From Utricularia gibba (lineage: Eukaryota; Plantae; Magnoliophyta), in the NCBI GenBank assembly GCA_002189035.1, contig NEEC01000153.1, positions 1 through 23,303 on the forward strand: a stretch of DNA of 23,303 nt, written 5' to 3'. This document shows, piece after piece, positions 20,531 to 23,303 of the stretch. The notes under the pieces were generated by a model. The model saw only the letters and a program-made list of their open reading frames with translations, was not told the origin of the DNA and did no database searches. Each line of letters opens with the position of its first letter. Within the stretch, counting starts at the first letter, position 1. A program made the translations under genes and the position numbers.

Positions 20531-23303
20531 ACGTCGCACATCCTGGTCCGCGAAGCACCTCTTGCATAACATGCAGATCCTTGCTCTTCATAGCACACTG
20601 TTGGGAAGCCCTTTTCGAGCTCCAAGTATTATAATTTGGAGTTACGTTTGTCCGATAACTGTGGACATATTAAAAACAAGCCACAACGAAAAGTGTCTTA
20701 GGTGTCCTTTCGTGGCTGCGTCTAAGAATGTGCTTCTCGTTCTCGAAATTGATGCAAATGGGATACACGGCAAAAGAATCAAATAGCCACTAGAGACATG
20801 GTATGGGAATGGTGCATCAAGAATCAGAAGTATCATAGCAACTAATTGAATCAATCAACAGCCAAAACATATGGTGTCAAACTTCATCGGATATGCGATC
20901 AAGATGGAAAAAAGTCACATGTTACATCATGAATTTCGTGGCATCACTTATCCCAACACTGTTATACACTCTGGATATGCGTAAATATTTATTTTTAATG
21001 AATCCCGTGCACGTGTGATTTTTAGGATGCACCCGAATGATGATGCGCAATGAAATGACTACGTCGCACATCCTGGTCCGCGAAGCACCTCTTGCATAAC
21101 ATGCAGATCCTTGCTCTTCATAGCACACTGTTGGGAAGCCCTTTCGAGCTCCAAGTATTATAATTTGGAGTTACGTTTGTCCGATAACTGTGGACATATT
21201 AAAAAAGCCACAACGAAAGGTGTCTCATTCCGTGGTGACTGCATTTAATAATGTGCTTCATGTTCTCGAAATTGATGCAACAACATACAAGGCAAAAGAA
21301 TCAAATAGCCACTTGGTATATGGGAATGGTGCATCAAGAATCAGAAGTATCATAGCAACTAAATGTCAACATATGGTGTCAAATTCATCTATATGCGATC
21401 AAGTTGGAAAAAAGTCACATGTACATCATGAATTTCGTGGCATCACTTATCCCAACACTGTTATACACTCTGGATATGCGTAAATATTTATTTTTAATGA
21501 ATCCGTGCACGTGTGATTTTTAGGATGCACCCCGAATGATGATGCGCAATGAAATGACTACGTCGCACATCCTGGTCCGCGAAGCACCTCTTGCATAACA
21601 TGCAGATCCTTGCTCTTCATAGCACACTGTTGGGAAGCCCTTTTCGAGCTCCAAGTATTATAATTTGGAGTTACGTTTGTCCGATAACTGTGGACATATT
21701 AAAAAAGCCACAACGAAAGGTCTCACGTGGCATTCCGTGGTGACTGCAATAATGTGCTTCATGTTCTCGAAATTGATGCACAAGGCAAAAGAATCAAATA
21801 GCCACTAGAGACATGGTATACGGGAATGGTGCATCAAGAATCAGAAGTATCATAGCAACTAAATGCATCAACATATGGTGTCAGAATTCATCTATATGCG
21901 ATCAAGTTGGAAAAAAGTCACATGCACATCATGAATTTCGTGGCATCACTTATCCCAACACTGTTATACACTCTGGATATGCGTAAATATTTATTTTTAA
22001 TGAATCCCGTGCACGTGTGATTTTTAGGATGCACCCCGAATGATGATGCGCAATGAAATGACTACGTCGCACATCCTGGTCCGCGAAGCACCTCTTGCAT
22101 AACATGCAGATCCTTGCTCTTCATAGCACACTGTTGGGAAGCCCTTTTCGAGCTCCAAGTATTATAATTTGGAGTTACGTTTGTCCGATAACTGTGGACA
22201 TATTAAAAAAACCACAACGAAAAGTGTCTTAGGTGTCCTTCTTGGTGGCTGCGTCTAAGAATGTGCTTCTCGTTCTCGACATTGATGCAAATGGGATACA
22301 CGGCAAAAGAATCAAATAGCCACTAGAGACATGGTGTATGGGAATGGTGCATCAAGAATCAGAAGTATCATAGCAACTAATTGAATCAATCAACAGCCAA
22401 AACATATGGTGTCAAACTTCATCGGATATGCGATCAAGATGGAAAAAAGTCACATGTTACATCATGAATTTCGTGGCATCACTTATCCCAACACTGTTAT
22501 ACACTCTGGATATGCGTAAATATTTATTTTTAATGAATCCGTGCACGTGTGATTTTTTAGGATGCACCCCGAATGATGATGCGCAATGAAATGACTACGT
22601 CGCACATCCTGGTCCGCGAAGCACCTCTTGCATAACATGCAGATCCTTGCTCTTCATAGCACACTGTTGGGAAGCCCTTTTCGAGCTCCAAGTATTATAA
22701 TTTGGAGTTACGTTTGTCCGATAACTGTGGACATATTAAAAAAGGGCCACAACGAAAGGTGTCTCACGTGGCATTCCGTGGTGACTGCATTTAATAATGT
22801 GCTTCATGTTCTCGAAATTGATGCGAACAACATACAAGGCAAAAGAATCAAATAGCCACTAGAGACATGGTATACGGGAATGGTGCATCAAGAATCAGAA
22901 GTATCATAGCAACTAAATGCATCAACATATGGTGTCAGAATTCATCTACTATGCGATCAAGTTGGAAAAAAGTCACATGCTACATCATGAATTTCGTGGC
23001 ATCACTTATCCCAACACTGTTATACACTCTGGATATGCGTAAATATTTATTTTTAATGAATCCCGTGCACGTGTGATTTTTAGGATGCACCCCGAATGAT
23101 GATGCGCAATGAAATGACTACGTCGCACATCCTGGTCCGCGAAGCACCTCTTGCATAACATGCAGATCCTTGCTCTTCATAGCACACTGTTGGGAAGCCC
23201 TTTTCGAGCTCCAAGTATTATAATTTGGAGTTACGTTTGTCCGATAACTGTGGACATATTAAAAACAAGCCACAACGAAAAGTGTCTTAGGTGTCCTTTC
23301 TTG

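Larger units (their letters stand above)
1..23303. repeat. Tandem satellite-like array of ~523/536-bp monomers filling the whole window and running off both ends
   Basis: The anchor TTGCATAACATGCAGATCC recurs in one orientation at 13, ~536, 1067, 1588, 2122, 2644, 3167, 3689, 4216, 4738, 5273, 5796, 6331, 6854, 7390, 7913, 8446, 8964, 9494, 10017, 10556, 11080, 11613, 12112, 12604, 13382, 13782, 14830, 15669, 16569, 17128, 17663, 18880, 19317, 19839, 20562, 21092, 21591, 22095, 22628 and 23151, with further degenerate starts between them. Confidence 0.99.

Noticed and set aside
1-23303. CRISPR array or repeat-spacer cassette (constant core plus variable part)
   Set aside because: Units are ~530 bp and the variable parts are only two homologous alleles, not unique spacers. 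No cas genes are present.
1-23303. Tandem 5S rRNA, tRNA, snRNA or spliced-leader gene array; telomeric repeats
   Set aside because: I recognise no 5S, tRNA cloverleaf or A/B box, snRNA or SL sequence on either strand, and there is no TTTAGGG/TTAGGG run. An Rfam scan was not possible.

Overview
The whole 23.3 kb window is one head-to-tail tandem array (satellite-like DNA, about 41% GC, CpG not depleted) with no inversion, no unique sequence and no supportable gene. Two monomer types, A (523 bp) and B (536 bp), alternate to give a 1,059-bp dimeric higher-order repeat. A and B differ by a 13-bp indel and 34-43 substitutions, very unevenly spread: a 166-bp block is identical in both types and is followed directly by 95 bp with 23 substitutions. 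I count about 51 monomer starts, some strongly shortened. The array is clean from 1 to about 13,060. From there to about 21,900 it contains compressed or scrambled monomers and AA/BB phase breaks, whose errors fall on A/B-discordant sites and look like consensus or correction artefacts. All listed ORFs are short repeat-derived frames without coding constraint. I cannot identify the family from sequence. The mean monomer length matches the 528-bp Phaseolus khipu satellite, which is only a lead. I found no convincing new gene system; the interesting signal is the repeat architecture.
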